64,000 nucleotides of DNA from the human T2T-CHM13v2.0 reference genome, Homo sapiens, in assembly GCF_009914755.1 (NCBI RefSeq), contig NC_060931.1. One strand, written 5' to 3'. This document shows, one piece after another, positions 1 to 22,990 of this stretch. Each line of letters begins with the position of its first letter. Positions within the stretch are counted from its first letter, which is position 1. Both the position numbers and the translations under genes were made by a program. Under the pieces are notes generated by a model. It saw only the letters and a list, made by a program, of their open reading frames with translations, did no database searches and was not told the origin of the DNA.

Positions 1-160
1 ACAGGCCCACACCACCACGCCTGGCTAATTTTTGTATTTTTAGTAGAGACAGGGTTTCACCATGTTGGACATCATGGTCTCGGTCTCTTGGGCTCATTAT
101 CTGCCTGCCTCGGCCTCCCGAAGTGCTGGGATTACAGGTGTGAGCCACAGTGCCTGGCCT

Positions 161-290
161 CTAGTGACTTCATTTTAACTTGATCACCTCTGTAAAGACT
201 CTGGTTCCAATAAGGTCACCTCTAAGGTCTGGAGGGTCATGGCTTCAATACATGAATTAGGGGTGGGGGGCACACCATGCAGCCCATAAT
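161..290 (-). mobile_element. MLT1-like MaLR LTR fragment (also 28178-28307, 56166-56295)
   Basis: cattttaacttgatcacctctgtaaagac..ccaataaggtcac..ttcaatacatgaat..ggggcacaccatgcagcccataa. Confidence 0.6.
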
Positions 291-672
291 ACTAGCGTAT
301 CTGGTTATGTTAAACTTGCTATAGCCACAGTCTCGCTGACTTGGATTATGGTGCCATGGGAAGGGCCCTTAAAGATCATCTTATCTGGTTGGGCTCAATG
401 GCTCACGCGTGTAATTCCAGCACTTTGAGAGGCCAAGGCAAGAGGATCGCTTGTGACCAAGAGTTCAAGACCAGTCTGGGCAACAGAGCAAGATGCTATA
501 TCTACTACAGGCATGCACCTGTAGTCTCAGCTACTTGGGAGGCTGAGAGAAGAGGATTGCTTGAGCCCAGGAGGCAACAGAGAGCTGATTGTACCACTGC
601 ACCCCAGCCGAGGCAACAGAGAGCTGATTGTACCACTGCACCCCAGCCAAGGCAACAGAGACCTTGTCTCTA

Positions 673-956
<284 letters not shown>

Positions 957-1876
957 TCAAAATATTAGGAAAAAAAAAGAGAGAGAGCCTCTTTTCCATC
1001 TCCCCGCCACAGAGTTGTCTTCAGTAATTTCATTCCCTTTTTTCCTGAGGATTCACTGGGTTTCTGGGTCCCAGAGGGGAAGTTCTCTTCAAGGTACAGA
1101 AACCACGACTCCGCAGAGAACCGCAGAGAACCGCAGAGATGGCAGCATGACCAGACCACGGACAGGTGTGTAGAAGCTGCTGGGCTGAAACTTGGGCTGA
1201 ACTTCCGCTGCAGGTTGACTTATTCCCATCAGCACCAAAGCCGCTGGAGGGGGTCATCCACTAGCAAATGAAGTGGGGGCACGGATTGGAGGCTGTTTCA
1301 GAAGGTCCCACTGAGCCACGGACTCAAGGCCTGGCCACAGCCCTCCCAAGCGAGGCCCAGATCATATTTCACCACGCTCAGAAAACCTTGCCAGCTCATT
1401 TCAGTCCACAGTGACTTTGCTTTCTTTAGGATCTCTCTTGCACTGTCCAACTCAGAGAATTTCAAATCTGAATGGATTCCAATGATGGAGCTAAATCAGG
1501 CCTCACCTCAGTTTTTTAATTACAATCAATAGGGCTGGGTCCCAGCATCTGTGTCTTAATGTTCCTCCATGTGATCCTCATGCTGAAAGGCTGGTATTTG
1601 AAAATCCCTTTTTTTGGGGAGTGAAGGGTTTTTTTAGAGACAGGCCTCACTCTGATGCCCAGCCTGGAATGCAGTGGTGGATCACAGCTCACTGCAGCCT
1701 CGAACTCCTGGCCGCAAGAAATCCTCCCACCTTAGCCAACCAAAGTGTTGGGATTGCAGGAGTGACCACTGTGTCCAGCCAGGAAAGCCCTTCTGTTTCA
1801 CTTGAATGATATTTCTGCCGCAGACCTACAGCCCTTGTTGTATTAAACGGCATCATTGCAGGAAAAGAAAAGGTGA

Positions 1877-2155
<279 letters not shown>

Positions 2156-4345
2156 TGATCTCAACCTCCTCACCTCTGGTTATCTGTCGGCATCAGCTTC
2201 CAAAAGTGCTGGGATTACAAGTGTGAGCCGCCGCACCTGGTTTGCCCATTTTTTGACAATGTATCAACATCATCTAAGATGGGCACTGCCTCAGTGTAGT
2301 GTGTCTAGACAAGGTGGCCGGAACAGAGAGGAATATGCATACCAGGCTTAAAGACGGGTTAAATCAGAGCTTTTCATTCCACAAAAGAGCAATTTTAATG
2401 AGGTCAGAACATGGATGTTCTAATATTTGAAAGCCTGTTAACTAGGAGAGAGAGTAAAGTGATTTGTTGTAGGAGGACACACCCAGCTCTGACGGTTTAA
2501 AGCGTCATGAATGCAAATTTGAACTCCAGAAAAGCAGAGCTTCCTAACAATGGGACTTCCACAGCAATGGGATTTCCTTCCGCATTCAGTTTGTGCCTTT
2601 CCCATGAGCGAGAGACTCCTAGGAGAGCCGCAGCCCGTTAGGAAGCCATGTGGGAACTCATCCACAGGTTCTTTTTGTTTTTTTTTTTTGTTGTTTTTTT
2701 TTGAGATGTAGTTTTGCTCTTGTTGCCCAGGCTGGAGTGCAATGGTGTGACCTTGGCTCACTGCAACCTCCGCCTCCCAAGTTTAAGCCATTCTGCTGTC
2801 CCCGCCTCCTGAGTGGCTGGGATTACAGGCACCCACCACCATGCCTGACTAATTTTTTGTATTTTTAGAAGAGATGGGGTTTCACCATGTTGGCCAGGCT
2901 GCTCTTAAACTCCTGACCTCAAGCGATCCACCTGCTATGGCCTCCCAAAGCGCTGGGATTACAGGCGTGAGCCACTGTGCCTGGCCGGAACCCACAGGTT
3001 CTTTGGATGGTCTCTGAATGTCATGAAACTCTTTTATATTTAATTAAAAAAATTTTTTTGACACAAGGTCTTGCTGTGTTGCCCAGACTGGAGTGCGGTG
3101 TCACGATCACAGCTCACTGCAGCCCCTAACTCCTAGGCTCAAGCAATCCTCCTGCCACCTCAGTCTCTCAAGTTGTTGGAACACAGGTGCCAGCCACGAC
3201 ACCTGGCTAATTTTGTTTTGTTTTGTTTTGTTTTGTTTTAGAGATGGGCTCTTGCTATGTTGCCTATACTGGTCTTGAACTGCTGGCCTCAGGCAGTCTT
3301 CCTCCCTTGGCCACCCAAAGAGATGGGATTACAAGCATGAGCCACTGTGCACAGCTGAGATTTTTCGACTTAGTCTTTTTGTACACCCAGTATCTTATAG
3401 AATATCCATAATATAGATTCATAAATAAACCATTTCCTTCAATGGTATAAATAAATAAACCACTGCTATAAATGGTGGAATTTTCTGAGTTAAGAGCAAT
3501 ACATATGATACAAAACTTGATATATAGAGTTTCTTAGCCAAACTGGAGGGGCTGGCTTTAGGTGATCCGTGGACTCCCTGAAATTGGGGACACCATTGGA
3601 AATATGTGTGAACTCATGGGCAGTTTCCTATGATTTCCAGTCCTCAAAATATCTCTTGGACTCAAAGATGCCTTAGGGCAGAGGACGCGTGTACCCCCAG
3701 TACAGAATCTCGGACAGTGAATGTCAGTAGACACTCGGCAGAAAACCTCTGCCAAATTGAGTGCTCTGATGTGACTTTTTCATCAAGTCAATGTTCCTGG
3801 GATCTCTTGTACATGATAATCTCACTCTTGTAAGGTTTCATCGTTTCTGCTTACCCTACTTTTCTTTCCCATCCTGATCCCTCTCCCACCAGACTGGACT
3901 CTGAAACGGGCATGTACAGAGAAGAGGAGACCCCAACACGCTTCAAGCTTTGAGTGGAGAGGACACAGCCTCTGCTGGGACAGGGAACAGAGGGATGCGG
4001 AGACCCTGAAGATGCTTTTGGACAGTGGTCTGAGGTTGGGACAGTGGCAGGAGATACCATTCACCCAGGATCTCCAGGACAAGAGATCAGCCTGGCAGTT
4101 ACATGTGTTTTTTTTCAAACTGGTTGCCAGGTTGGCATGAGCGATGACATCAGAGATTCCGACCTTCCTGATTGGAGGGACCGGACTCTGTCGGCACCTG
4201 GGAGTTCAGTTGGACAACAGTAACTTCTCAGAGCTGTTCTCCACTCCTGACTTCTCCCAGCCTCGAGAATTGATAACACACTCTTCTGGATCCCAGCAGT
4301 GTCCAGAAGAAGACCAAGGACAGAACAGAGACTAGGTTTGGTGAG

Positions 4346-10231
<5,886 letters not shown>

Positions 10232-11129
10232 AGCTCCAGGGACCGTGGAGGCCTGAGGTCATCGGCCTGAGAGAAGGTACATCTGCATCCTCCGGGGTAA
10301 AGGCAGAATATTGGGGTCTATTTCGGAAATCCAAGGAACCCAATTGCTTGATCTGGCTTCAAGCCTGGGCAACGTGGCGAGATCCCCTCTCCACAAAAAT
10401 ACAAAAATTAGCCAGGCGATGTGGGAGGCATCTCTACTCCCAACTACTCAGGAGGCTGAGGCGGGAGGATCGCTGGAGCCTGGGAGGTCGGGGCTGCAGG
10501 GAGCCCTGATCCTGCCACTGCACTCCAGCCCGGGCGACAGAGTGAGACCCTGCCTCAAAAATAATCATAAATACTGAGTTCGGGGAGGTTCATTATGATT
10601 GATGCACTTGAGTTACCGATTTGGGTCGAGGGTTCAGTGAAGCTTTGGTTTACATCTTGTGCAGCTAACCATGTTGAGCACAGAGCATGAGACTTCGTCA
10701 TGAGGAGGGAGGATTATGGATTAGGCTTCTGGACTCGTGGTTCGTGATGCTGTCACGTTAGAAACAGATCTAGCACGGTTACAAGTTTAGATCTGAAGTG
10801 ACACAAAAGGCCCCAGCTGTGATGAAGTCCAAAGCCACATTCTCTGAGGGTGCCCTACTCCCTGGGAAGACCCACCCAAAGTCCTGGCTATGAAGCAGAT
10901 CACTGGGGCTGACCTTGGGTGTATTAAGTTTTGGAGTCAGGGTCACCAAAGTGTGAGTTTCACAGTTGAACACGATGGTTCAGAAGCAGGGTATAGAATG
11001 AAAGGCAGGAGATAAAATTGCACTTCTCAATTGCTCTGAACTCTAGCTAGACTTGACATGGGACGTGAATAACCTTCCTGTCTAGAGAGCTGCCTCCTTG
11101 AAGTGTGACATTGTCTCTCTCACTTCCAG

Positions 11130-11234
11130 AACACCGGACCCAGGGGAGATGTGGATTTTCAGCAGGAACTTTATTCCAATGCTAATGGCAGACATCAGGA
11201 AGGAGGAGAGGAACCATTTGTGCAGATCATCTAG
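11130..11234 (+). CDS. SPDYE: SPDYE downstream exon: alternative C-terminus NTGPRGDVDFQQELYSNANGRHQEGGEEPFVQII*, or 3'UTR exon (copy 1)
   Basis: Acceptor tctctctcacttccAG at 11128-11129; in frame with the phase-0 donor at 10049; TAG at 11232-11234. Confidence 0.65.
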   Translation, partial: NTGPRGDVDFQQELYSNANGRHQEGGEEPFVQII

Positions 11235-11323
11235 AAGAACCTGGACCATTCTTGACAGAGCTGAATACAGTGATCACGTTGTCCTCCAAGGAGCAGGGGT
11301 GGGGTGGGGTACTTCTAGGAGTC
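11227..11323 (-). other. Candidate PMS2P 3' exon (TPRSTPPHPCSLEDNVITVFSSVKNGPGSSR*), antisense to the SPDYE last exon; copy 2 at 39244-39340
   Basis: Minus-strand acceptor tcctggtttcttacttttctccaAG at 11325-11324; in frame with the phase-2 LTR donor. Confidence 0.6.
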
Positions 11324-12572
11324 CTTGGAGAAAAGTAAGAAACCAGGAGTGTTTCCAGTTCCACCCTTTCCTGCGGCACCACCTCCCTTTTTATATTGCT
11401 GAATGCCAACCTCCCTGGGGCGGAACCTGGAGGTCCTGTTTCTTATGGACTTGGTTGCCACAGTCCAGGAGCATTTGAAGGCACAGTGCAGGGGCTCAGA
11501 TTGGCACAGAATTCTTTGTGAAATATGAGTGCCACAGACTGTAACAGATAGCTTCATGCACACTATGCATTTTATTGGTTTGTTTGGAAAATGTTGGCCA
11601 TTGAATTATTAATAGGTTTATTTCAAATAGTTTGGAAATTGTTGTACTTTTGAAAACATGCTGTTCCTGTAGAGTTTTTTGATGAGAGTTATAGTTGTTA
11701 TATATACCTAAAGATAATTTTCTTTTCATTTTTAAGTGAGAATTCTTTTTATCCTAAATCTTTTATTATCTTTAAATTTTTTTCTGTATTATTATATGTG
11801 CTCCTGAAGCGAGCACTCTTTTTATCTATGATACTTCCATAATAATCTCTTCTATTTATAGCTATTGGTAGTTCCCCACCAGAAAAAAACATAATTCTGG
11901 TGATAGAAATTTTTATTTGCTGTTTAGGTTTGTGACTGACTTGTGAGAATTCAGTTGTGATTTTTAACATGTCTCAGATATATATACTAACACGTCTAAT
12001 ATATACTATCTATTTTATTGGTTTATTTTGAAAAACATGGGTATAGAATTATTTAAATATTATTTTATTTACTGAAATATTTATTAAATATATTTATTTA
12101 TTTAAATATTATTATTACTTTAAATATTATTTTAAATATTTTGGAAATACTGGTATTTTTGAATAGATGCTGTTTCTATAAAGCTGTGTGATGGGTATTA
12201 TAACTGTTGTATACACATACATATAATTTTGTTTTCCTTTTTAAGAGAGGATTCTTTTCATCCTAAATCTTTTACCTTTCAATCTTTGTATCTATTATTA
12301 CACGTGCTGCTGAAGGGAGCATGGTTTTTATCTATGATACTTAGTTAACATATATATTACATTTATAGCTATGTGGTAGTTCCCCTAAATTCTTGTAAAA
12401 ATAAATTTTTATTTGATATTTAGTGTATGTTTGAAATGTGAGAATTCAGATGGAATTTTTTATCTTGTTTTGGCATGTTTGTATGTTACTTTAAAGAGGA
12501 TGTGTGTTCTAAAGGAGGACATGAGCTGTGTGTTTTCAAGAGAACAGTGCAGTGCATCTCTTGGGGAAACAT

Positions 12573-12578
12573 AATAAA
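12573..12578 (+). terminator. Candidate SPDYE polyadenylation signal AATAAA (copy 2 at 40590-40595)
   Basis: Lies at the end of an AT-rich 3'UTR-like block and is followed by GT-rich sequence; a second AATAAA is at 12400-12405. Confidence 0.5.
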
Positions 12579-12873
12579 GATGAACTTTTCTCACCTTCAC
12601 AGTGAGTGTGATCATATTGTGGTCTGGATTGATTATTTGCTGTCAAGTGACATTTTTCCTTAATGGGGTTGTGGTTATTTGAACATATTTGTTAGCTTTG
12701 GAAGATAATCCTGTGCTGTTTTTTATGTAGAAAAAAACATACGGCTGGGTGCAGTGCTCACACCTACAATCCCAGCAGTTTTGGAGGTCATGGCGGGAGG
12801 ATCACTTGAAGCCTATTTTTAATTTTTATTTTTTAAAGAAAAACAACAGAAGAGAAGGCTGATCCCAAGCTAC

Positions 12874-12904
<31 letters not shown>

Positions 12905-13053
12905 GTTTTGGAGACAGTCTCGCTCTGTCTCCCAGGCTGGAGTGCAGTGGCACAACCTCGGCTCCCTGCAACTTTCACCTCGGCGTTCAAGCAAATTCTC
13001 CTGCCTCAGCCTCCCAAGTAGCTGGGACTACAGGCATCCGCCTGTACGTCTGA

Positions 13054-13197
<144 letters not shown>

Positions 13198-13381
13198 TAG
13201 AGTTTTAAAGCAGGAAATGAGAGAAAGATATTGAGAGAGGAAAACCAGGTGGTAAGAAAACTCTAAAGGTGGCTGGGCGTGGTGGCTCACGCCTGTGATC
13301 CCAGCAGGAGTTCGAGACCAGGCAGGAGAATCACTAGCAGAGAATATGTCTCCCCAACCCCTCTCAAAAAAAAAAAAAAAA

Positions 13382-13698
<317 letters not shown>

Positions 13699-13906
13699 TC
13701 AAGCTGTGAAAGACAGGCACTCTGCCATGCAATTCTTTGTGATTTTTCTTTTTTATTTTTGGAGTCGGGGTCTTGTGCTGTCACCCAGACTGGGGTGCAG
13801 TGGTGCGGTCATAGCTCACTGTGGGCTCAGACTCAAGCTCAAGCAATCTTCTTATCTTGCCTTTCTAATTGCTGGGATTATAAGCATGAGCCACTGCACC
13901 TGGCCT

Positions 13907-14130
13907 GTGTGACGTAATTCTGATGTCAACTCCCTGATGTTACATCAAATGCCACAGGTTAAGGCCACCAGCCCCCGCTAGGCTGCCCTCGCTTCAGATG
14001 CAGCTGCAAGCTTGGGTGTCCACAGACCGCATGTACTTCTCACCAACTGGCTGCAAATTTGGAGGTTCCCACCACGTCCTCAGGTTTGATAATTCACCAT
14101 AACAACCCACAGAACTCTGAAAAGCATGAT
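13907..14130. mobile_element. MER21-like LTR fragment
   Basis: acaggttaagg..ctgccc..cttcagatgc..caactggct..aaatttggaggttcccac..ctcaggtttgataatt resembles MER21 (recognised from memory). Confidence 0.5.
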
Positions 14131-15184
14131 ACTTTCTCTTTCTTTATTTGAGACAGAGTATTGCTCTGTCACCCAGGCTGGAGTGCAGTGGCCACCATGC
14201 TTGGCTAATTTTAGTATTTGTATTAGAGACAGGGTTTCGCCATGTTGGCCAGGCTGGTCTTGAACTCCTGACCTCAGGTGATCCACCCACCTTGGCCTCC
14301 CAAAGTGCTGGGATTACAGGCATAGCCACTGTGCCTGGCTGACTTCTAGAGTTTCAATAACAGAGATGTGGTTCAAGAAGAAAAGGGAGACATGTTTTGT
14401 AGACAGCAGGAGCTTCATGAAAAGAAGCCAATGAAGGGCAGGATGTGTAGCTGTCTACCTACAGGAAACCAGCCAGGAGCCTCCCCACAGGGACTTCAGC
14501 ACAGATGGCCGGGAAAATCTGCATTCACCTGAGCTCTGGACCTAAGAGAGGACAAGGCCTTGACTGTTTCTACAGACTCACAAGATGCAATCTCTGCGGT
14601 CCATGCCCGTGGTGTGATCTGGGAAACAGGGGGCCTTCTAAATGCCAACAGCAAGGAAATCAAATGTGCAACAGACAGAAATATCGGCATTGACACGGGC
14701 CATGGAGAGGCCTAAACAGATGACTGCAGTCCACTGCCAAGGTCATCAAAGGGGTGACTCTGAAATAAGAAATTTCAGACGCCACGGCCCAAATAGCTGC
14801 ACGAGGTGGGGAAGTCCTCCACATGCCTCTGCTTCCTTCAGTACCTCTTCATGAAATAAGCCGAGGTACTTCCCTGGGGAATTTCCTTTCTCTTTCTTTC
14901 TTTCGAGACGGAGTCTTGCTCTGTCGCCCAGGCTAGAGTGCAGTGGCGCGATCTCGGCTCACTGCAACCTCTCCCTCCCGGGTTTTGGCAATTCTTCTGT
15001 CTCAGACTTCTGAGTAGCTGAGATTACAGGTGTGTGCCACCATGCCCAGCTAATATTTGTATTTTCACTCGAGACAGGGTTTCACCATCTAGGCCAGGCT
15101 GGTCTTGAACTCCTGACCTCATGATCCACCCATCTTGGCCTCCCAAAGTCCTGGGATTACAGGCACGAGCCACCACACCCAGAC

Positions 15185-15488
<304 letters not shown>

Positions 15489-15830
15489 CCTCCCATACCT
15501 CTTTTGGCCAAGGCAGTACAATTCAGAGAATCTTGCCAGGGAAGACTGGTAAATGGACATCAACATGATGCCTATGGCTCCTGGTGGATTTAGATACCTC
15601 CTGGTGCTTACTGATACCTTTACCAGTTACATGGGGGCTTTTCCATGCCAGACTGAAAATGCTGGAGATCACTGATCAACCTTCAACTATTTACTAGCAG
15701 AACACTGAGGGGACTCTGCAGTCACCAATATCTCCTATTGCACTTGGATAAACACCTCCCGGGAAATAGAGATGAATAGAAAGGAAATACTTAAACAAGC
15801 AGAATGGCTACATTCCTTCAACCAGAAGGG

Positions 15831-16220
15831 TCCATTAGTCTGTTTTCACACTGCTATAAAGAACTACTGGAAACTGGGGAATTTATGAAGAAAAGAGGTT
15901 TAATTGACTCACAGTTTTGCAGGCTGTACAGGAAGCATGGCTGGGGAGCCCTCAAGAAACTGACAATCACGGCAGAAGGCGAAGGGGAAGCAGGCACGTT
16001 TCTGGCCATGGTGGAGCAGGAGAGACAGAGAGAGTGAAGCAGGAGGTGCTGCATGCTTCTAAACAACCAGATCCCATGAGCGCTCACTCACTATCACGAG
16101 ACCAGCAAGGGGGACGTCAGCCGCCATGAGCCAATCATCTCCCACCAGGTCCCTCCCTCAACACTGGGAATTGCAATTGGACATGAGATTTGGTTGGGGA
16201 TACAGAGCTGAACCATATCA
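15831..16220 (-). mobile_element. MST-family (ERVL-MaLR) solo LTR, unit 1
   Basis: Typical ends (attagtctgttttcacactgctataaag ... gaaccatatca), core gaggtttaattgactcacagt, ~390 bp, aggg-like flanks. Confidence 0.85.
15913..16001 (-). other. LTR-derived candidate exon of the PMS2P transcript ([29 protein letters not shown]+CT); copy 2 at 43932-44020
   Basis: Minus-strand acceptor ctctctctgtctctcctgctccaccatggccAG and donor GTGAGT; 89 nt, phase 0 to phase 2, open. Confidence 0.7.
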
Positions 16221-16253
16221 AGGGTAGTTCAACCACTGAGATTGATTGATTGA

Positions 16254-16471
<218 letters not shown>

Positions 16472-17528
16472 TGATCACCCTGCCTCGGCTCTTCTTTTGC
16501 TGGAATTACAGGCGTGAGCCACCGCACCCGGACAACCACTGAGATTTAGAAGGCAGTCGAGTCCACTATACCACACCTCACCTGGTTTCTTCCTCTGTTG
16601 GGGCCCCTCGTGGCCACTGTTCTGTTACTTTTTGGTCCTATTTATTTAAATGGATGGTGAGCTGTTTGTCCTCCAGGATCCAACACTTCCACCTTCAGCT
16701 TGTATTACAACAATACCAGCCTTTCAAGCTACTCCGGGTGACCCCAGAACTCATCTGAACTCAGAAGCCCAAGAGTTTCATTCCTCTCACTTTAGGGGAC
16801 TAAGTGCCCCTGGTCAGCATGAAGTCGATACAGAAGCATGACCTCCATCCCTAATCCCTCAAGAATGAGGAGTGGAAGGTGTTGGCAGGAGGGTGGGACG
16901 CGGTTTGTAAATCTGTAACTGCATCAGACCAAATCTAGTTCAACTTTTTTTTTTTTTGATGGAGTTTCACTCTTGTCACCCAGGCTGGAGTGCAATGGCA
17001 CGATCTCAGCTCACCGCAACCTCCACGTCCTAGGTTCAAGCATTCTGCTGCCTCAGCCTCTGGGGTAGCTGGGATTACAAGGGTGCGCCACCACGCCTGG
17101 CTAATATTTATATTTTTAGTAGAGACGGGGTTTCACCATTTTGGCCAGGCTGGTCTTGAACTCCTCGACCTCAGGTGATCCACCTGCCTTGGCCTCCCAA
17201 AGTGCTGGGATTACAGGCGTGAGTCACCGCACCCGAATCAGTTCAACTTTTATGTAATGAAGTTGTCAGTTGTTTTCCAATTGCCATCGACCTGCAGGTT
17301 GAAGGTCATGTACCCTGTGCATGCCCAGGTTAACCACGCGTGCCACCGTGGAGTGGAACCTAAGAGCTCAGCCTGAAGAGCTCGGACCGATTTAAGAACC
17401 AGACACCCCCAGGCAGGAGCCAGGATCCAATCAGATTGAGTTTTGGTGTCACCCCATGGCAGGATCCAGTCAGATCACACCTCCCAGCATTACTTTATTG
17501 CAAGATCCAATCAAATCACACCTCATTA

Positions 17529-17969
<441 letters not shown>

Positions 17970-18498
17970 TTAGCTGCATATGTTTAAGTAACTTTTTAGA
18001 TTATAAGAAATACGCATGCAAAATGGAAAGGCACAAAGAAGAGAGCAAAAAGTGCATGAGATCTCACATCCAAGGATAACCGCTGAGAACATGGAAGTGC
18101 TGACTCTTCAGTCTTTATACTATACACATTTAGGCCTGTTTTGTTTTTATAAAACTGTAATCATATAATACAGACAGTTTTATAATCTGCTTTTTAAACA
18201 CAACAATTATATAACATTTAGCTGTTTCATTTGCATTCAAATTCATAAGGGTTCCAGTAACTCATTTATCAGAAAACCAAGAGAAATATTCTCATAAAAA
18301 TATAAGTACATAAGGTCAGGCATGGTGGCTCACGCCTGTAATCCCAGCACTTTGAGAGGCCGAGGTGGGCGGATCACCTGAGGGCAGGAATTCAAGACCA
18401 GCCTGGCCAGCCTGGACAACATGGTGGAACCCCGTCTCCACTGAAAATACAAAAATTAGCCGGGCGTGGTGGCGCGCGCCTGTAATGGTAGCTACTCA

Positions 18499-18875
<377 letters not shown>

Positions 18876-19045
18876 TGATAAAAAGAAAAAAGTAAATCAT
18901 CCTGAAGTTAAGTCTTTAATGAGAAATGCAAATAAAGCATTTCTCAATAAATTATGGGAAGAGAATCAACTGAAGAATAAACATCTTTAGTAAATCTTTT
19001 GCTCATGTGCATTAACCAATACTCTTGAAAACCAGGATTAATTTA

Positions 19046-19294
<249 letters not shown>

Positions 19295-19946
19295 CTACTC
19301 TTTTCTTCACTTGCTTTTCTCTCAAAATTTTCTTAAAAAGCTGATGATCCCTCTGAGATAACCGAGATCTAAACGGTTGAGGAGTCATCACAAAATCTAA
19401 GGTCTGGCATCTAAAAGACAGTGAGACAGAGAGCACTAAACATGCTTTGTTTTGATAAAAGCTTTGACTTCATTTTTCAGGTTGAATTGCAAAACCATAA
19501 ATGATCTCAAGATTTATTGATTCTCAAATAGAGATTTGTTTTGTTATTACTCTTCAAACAAAATTTTTTAAAAGAATTTTTTTAAAGAATTTTTTAAAAT
19601 TTTTAAAATTTTTTTTAAAGAATCCAAAAGATATTATAATTAAAATGTATATGTAGGGCAGGGTGCGGTGGCTCGTGCCTGTAATTCCAGCACTTTGGGA
19701 GGCCAAGGAGGGCAGATCACTTGAGGCCTGGAGTTCCAGACCAGCCTGGGCAACATGGCAAAACCCCATCTCTACTAAAAATACAAAAATTAGCCAGGAG
19801 TGGTGGTGCACGCTATAGTCCCAGCTCTTCAGGAGGCTGAGTCACGAAAGTCACTTGAACCTGGGAGGCAGAGACTGCAGTGAGCTGAGACTGTGCCACT
19901 GCACTCCAGCCTGGGTGACAGAGTGCGACTCTGTCTAAAAAAAAAA

Positions 19947-20192
19947 ATATATATATATATATACATATATATGTATATATATATGTATATATATGTATAT
20001 ATATGTATATATATATGTATATATGTATATATATGTATATATGTATATATATATGTATATATGTATATATGTGTATATATATGTATATATGTATATATGT
20101 ATATATATGTATATATGTATATATATGTATATATGTATATATATGTATATATATGTATATATATGTATATATATGTCTATATATGTGTGTGT
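19947..20192. repeat. (TATATG/TATATATG)n compound microsatellite grown from an Alu tail; copy 2 at ~47968-48189
   Basis: Seen directly; about 21 bp shorter in unit 2. Confidence 0.97.
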
Positions 20193-21160
20193 GCATGTAA
20201 TTATTTATAAAAATTTAGTATCTGTGCTGTAATTAAATAGTGCTTTGGTGAAATGTTTCCCTAAAAATTGATAATGAAAACCAATGGTAACTATCATTTA
20301 TTATCTATATGTTATGTTCAAATTGAGAAGTTACTGTTTTAATAAGGGTAACCAATTTTTTAAAGAATACTATTTGCTTCATTTCATTCATTTATTGCTC
20401 ACATTTCAGAAGTACTAGGACTTAGATTGGCAGTGAGACAAAACAGAATTCAGAAGCTAGAAGCTGAGATATTGAGATAGAAAATTGTAAATAATAATGA
20501 TTCCAATTAATTTTCAGAGAGGTTTTTCTAAGGGGTCAAGTGAATGGATAAAAATATTTTCTCACCTCAGTGCACAAAGTGAGCTCAGAGCTTTCCCCTG
20601 AAAGCCAAAAGTTTCAACCCGAGTTAGGTCGGCAAACTCTCGAATCTTAGATGTGTGATGTTTCAGAGCTGAAAGAGACTGTAAAGTAAGGACTAAGATA
20701 TCTCAAGTGCTATAACAACAAATATACATGATATCTAGTAACTGGCTTTAAAAAACTGTTTTTGTGTTTCCCAAGACAGTGTTACTCAAAATTCTAAGAC
20801 ATGTGGCCCAATTATTTTGTAATAGGATTAGAAAGTTAACTTACTTAAGCCTTCGAAGTTTTCTTCTTCTACCCCACATCCATTGCCTGAAACTTCAATG
20901 AGATCCATTCCATAGTCCTTAAGCTTTAGATCTAGAAAGTTTAAAATATTTATATATTTATTAAAAATGGACCCACGCTATCAGTTTTTATATTGATATT
21001 ATTTATAACGTGCAAATTTAAGTGTCGTAACTATACCTTTAGTTAAACATACTAGTGTCATTTTGTATATTTCATTTTTATAAAGTTCTTTCTGGCCATT
21101 TACTAGCCCAGATTAAATAGTTTAGCATTTTCTTTCTTTCCTCTTTTTTTTTTCCTTACA

Positions 21161-21584
<424 letters not shown>

Positions 21585-21614
21585 TCAAAAAAAAAAAAAA
21601 GAAAAAAAAACAGA

Positions 21615-22660
<1,046 letters not shown>

Positions 22661-22783
22661 AAGTACTAGGCACATAATAGGTGCTAACTTTAACTTAAAA
22701 ATAATAGTTTATTACTACATCAACACTTGATAGTCTTATTTCAATAACAAATGTTTCTTGACTACAACAACATTCACTGATCA

Positions 22784-22990
<207 letters not shown>

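Noticed and set aside
571-660. CRISPR-like direct repeats
   Set aside because: No spacers, lies inside an Alu, and the DNA is eukaryotic
11296-11310. G-quadruplex candidates (also 5407-5423)
   Set aside because: Only three closely spaced G-runs and no independent support
19813-20232. Tyr/Ile-rich ORFs on both strands
   Set aside because: Artefact of the TATATG microsatellite
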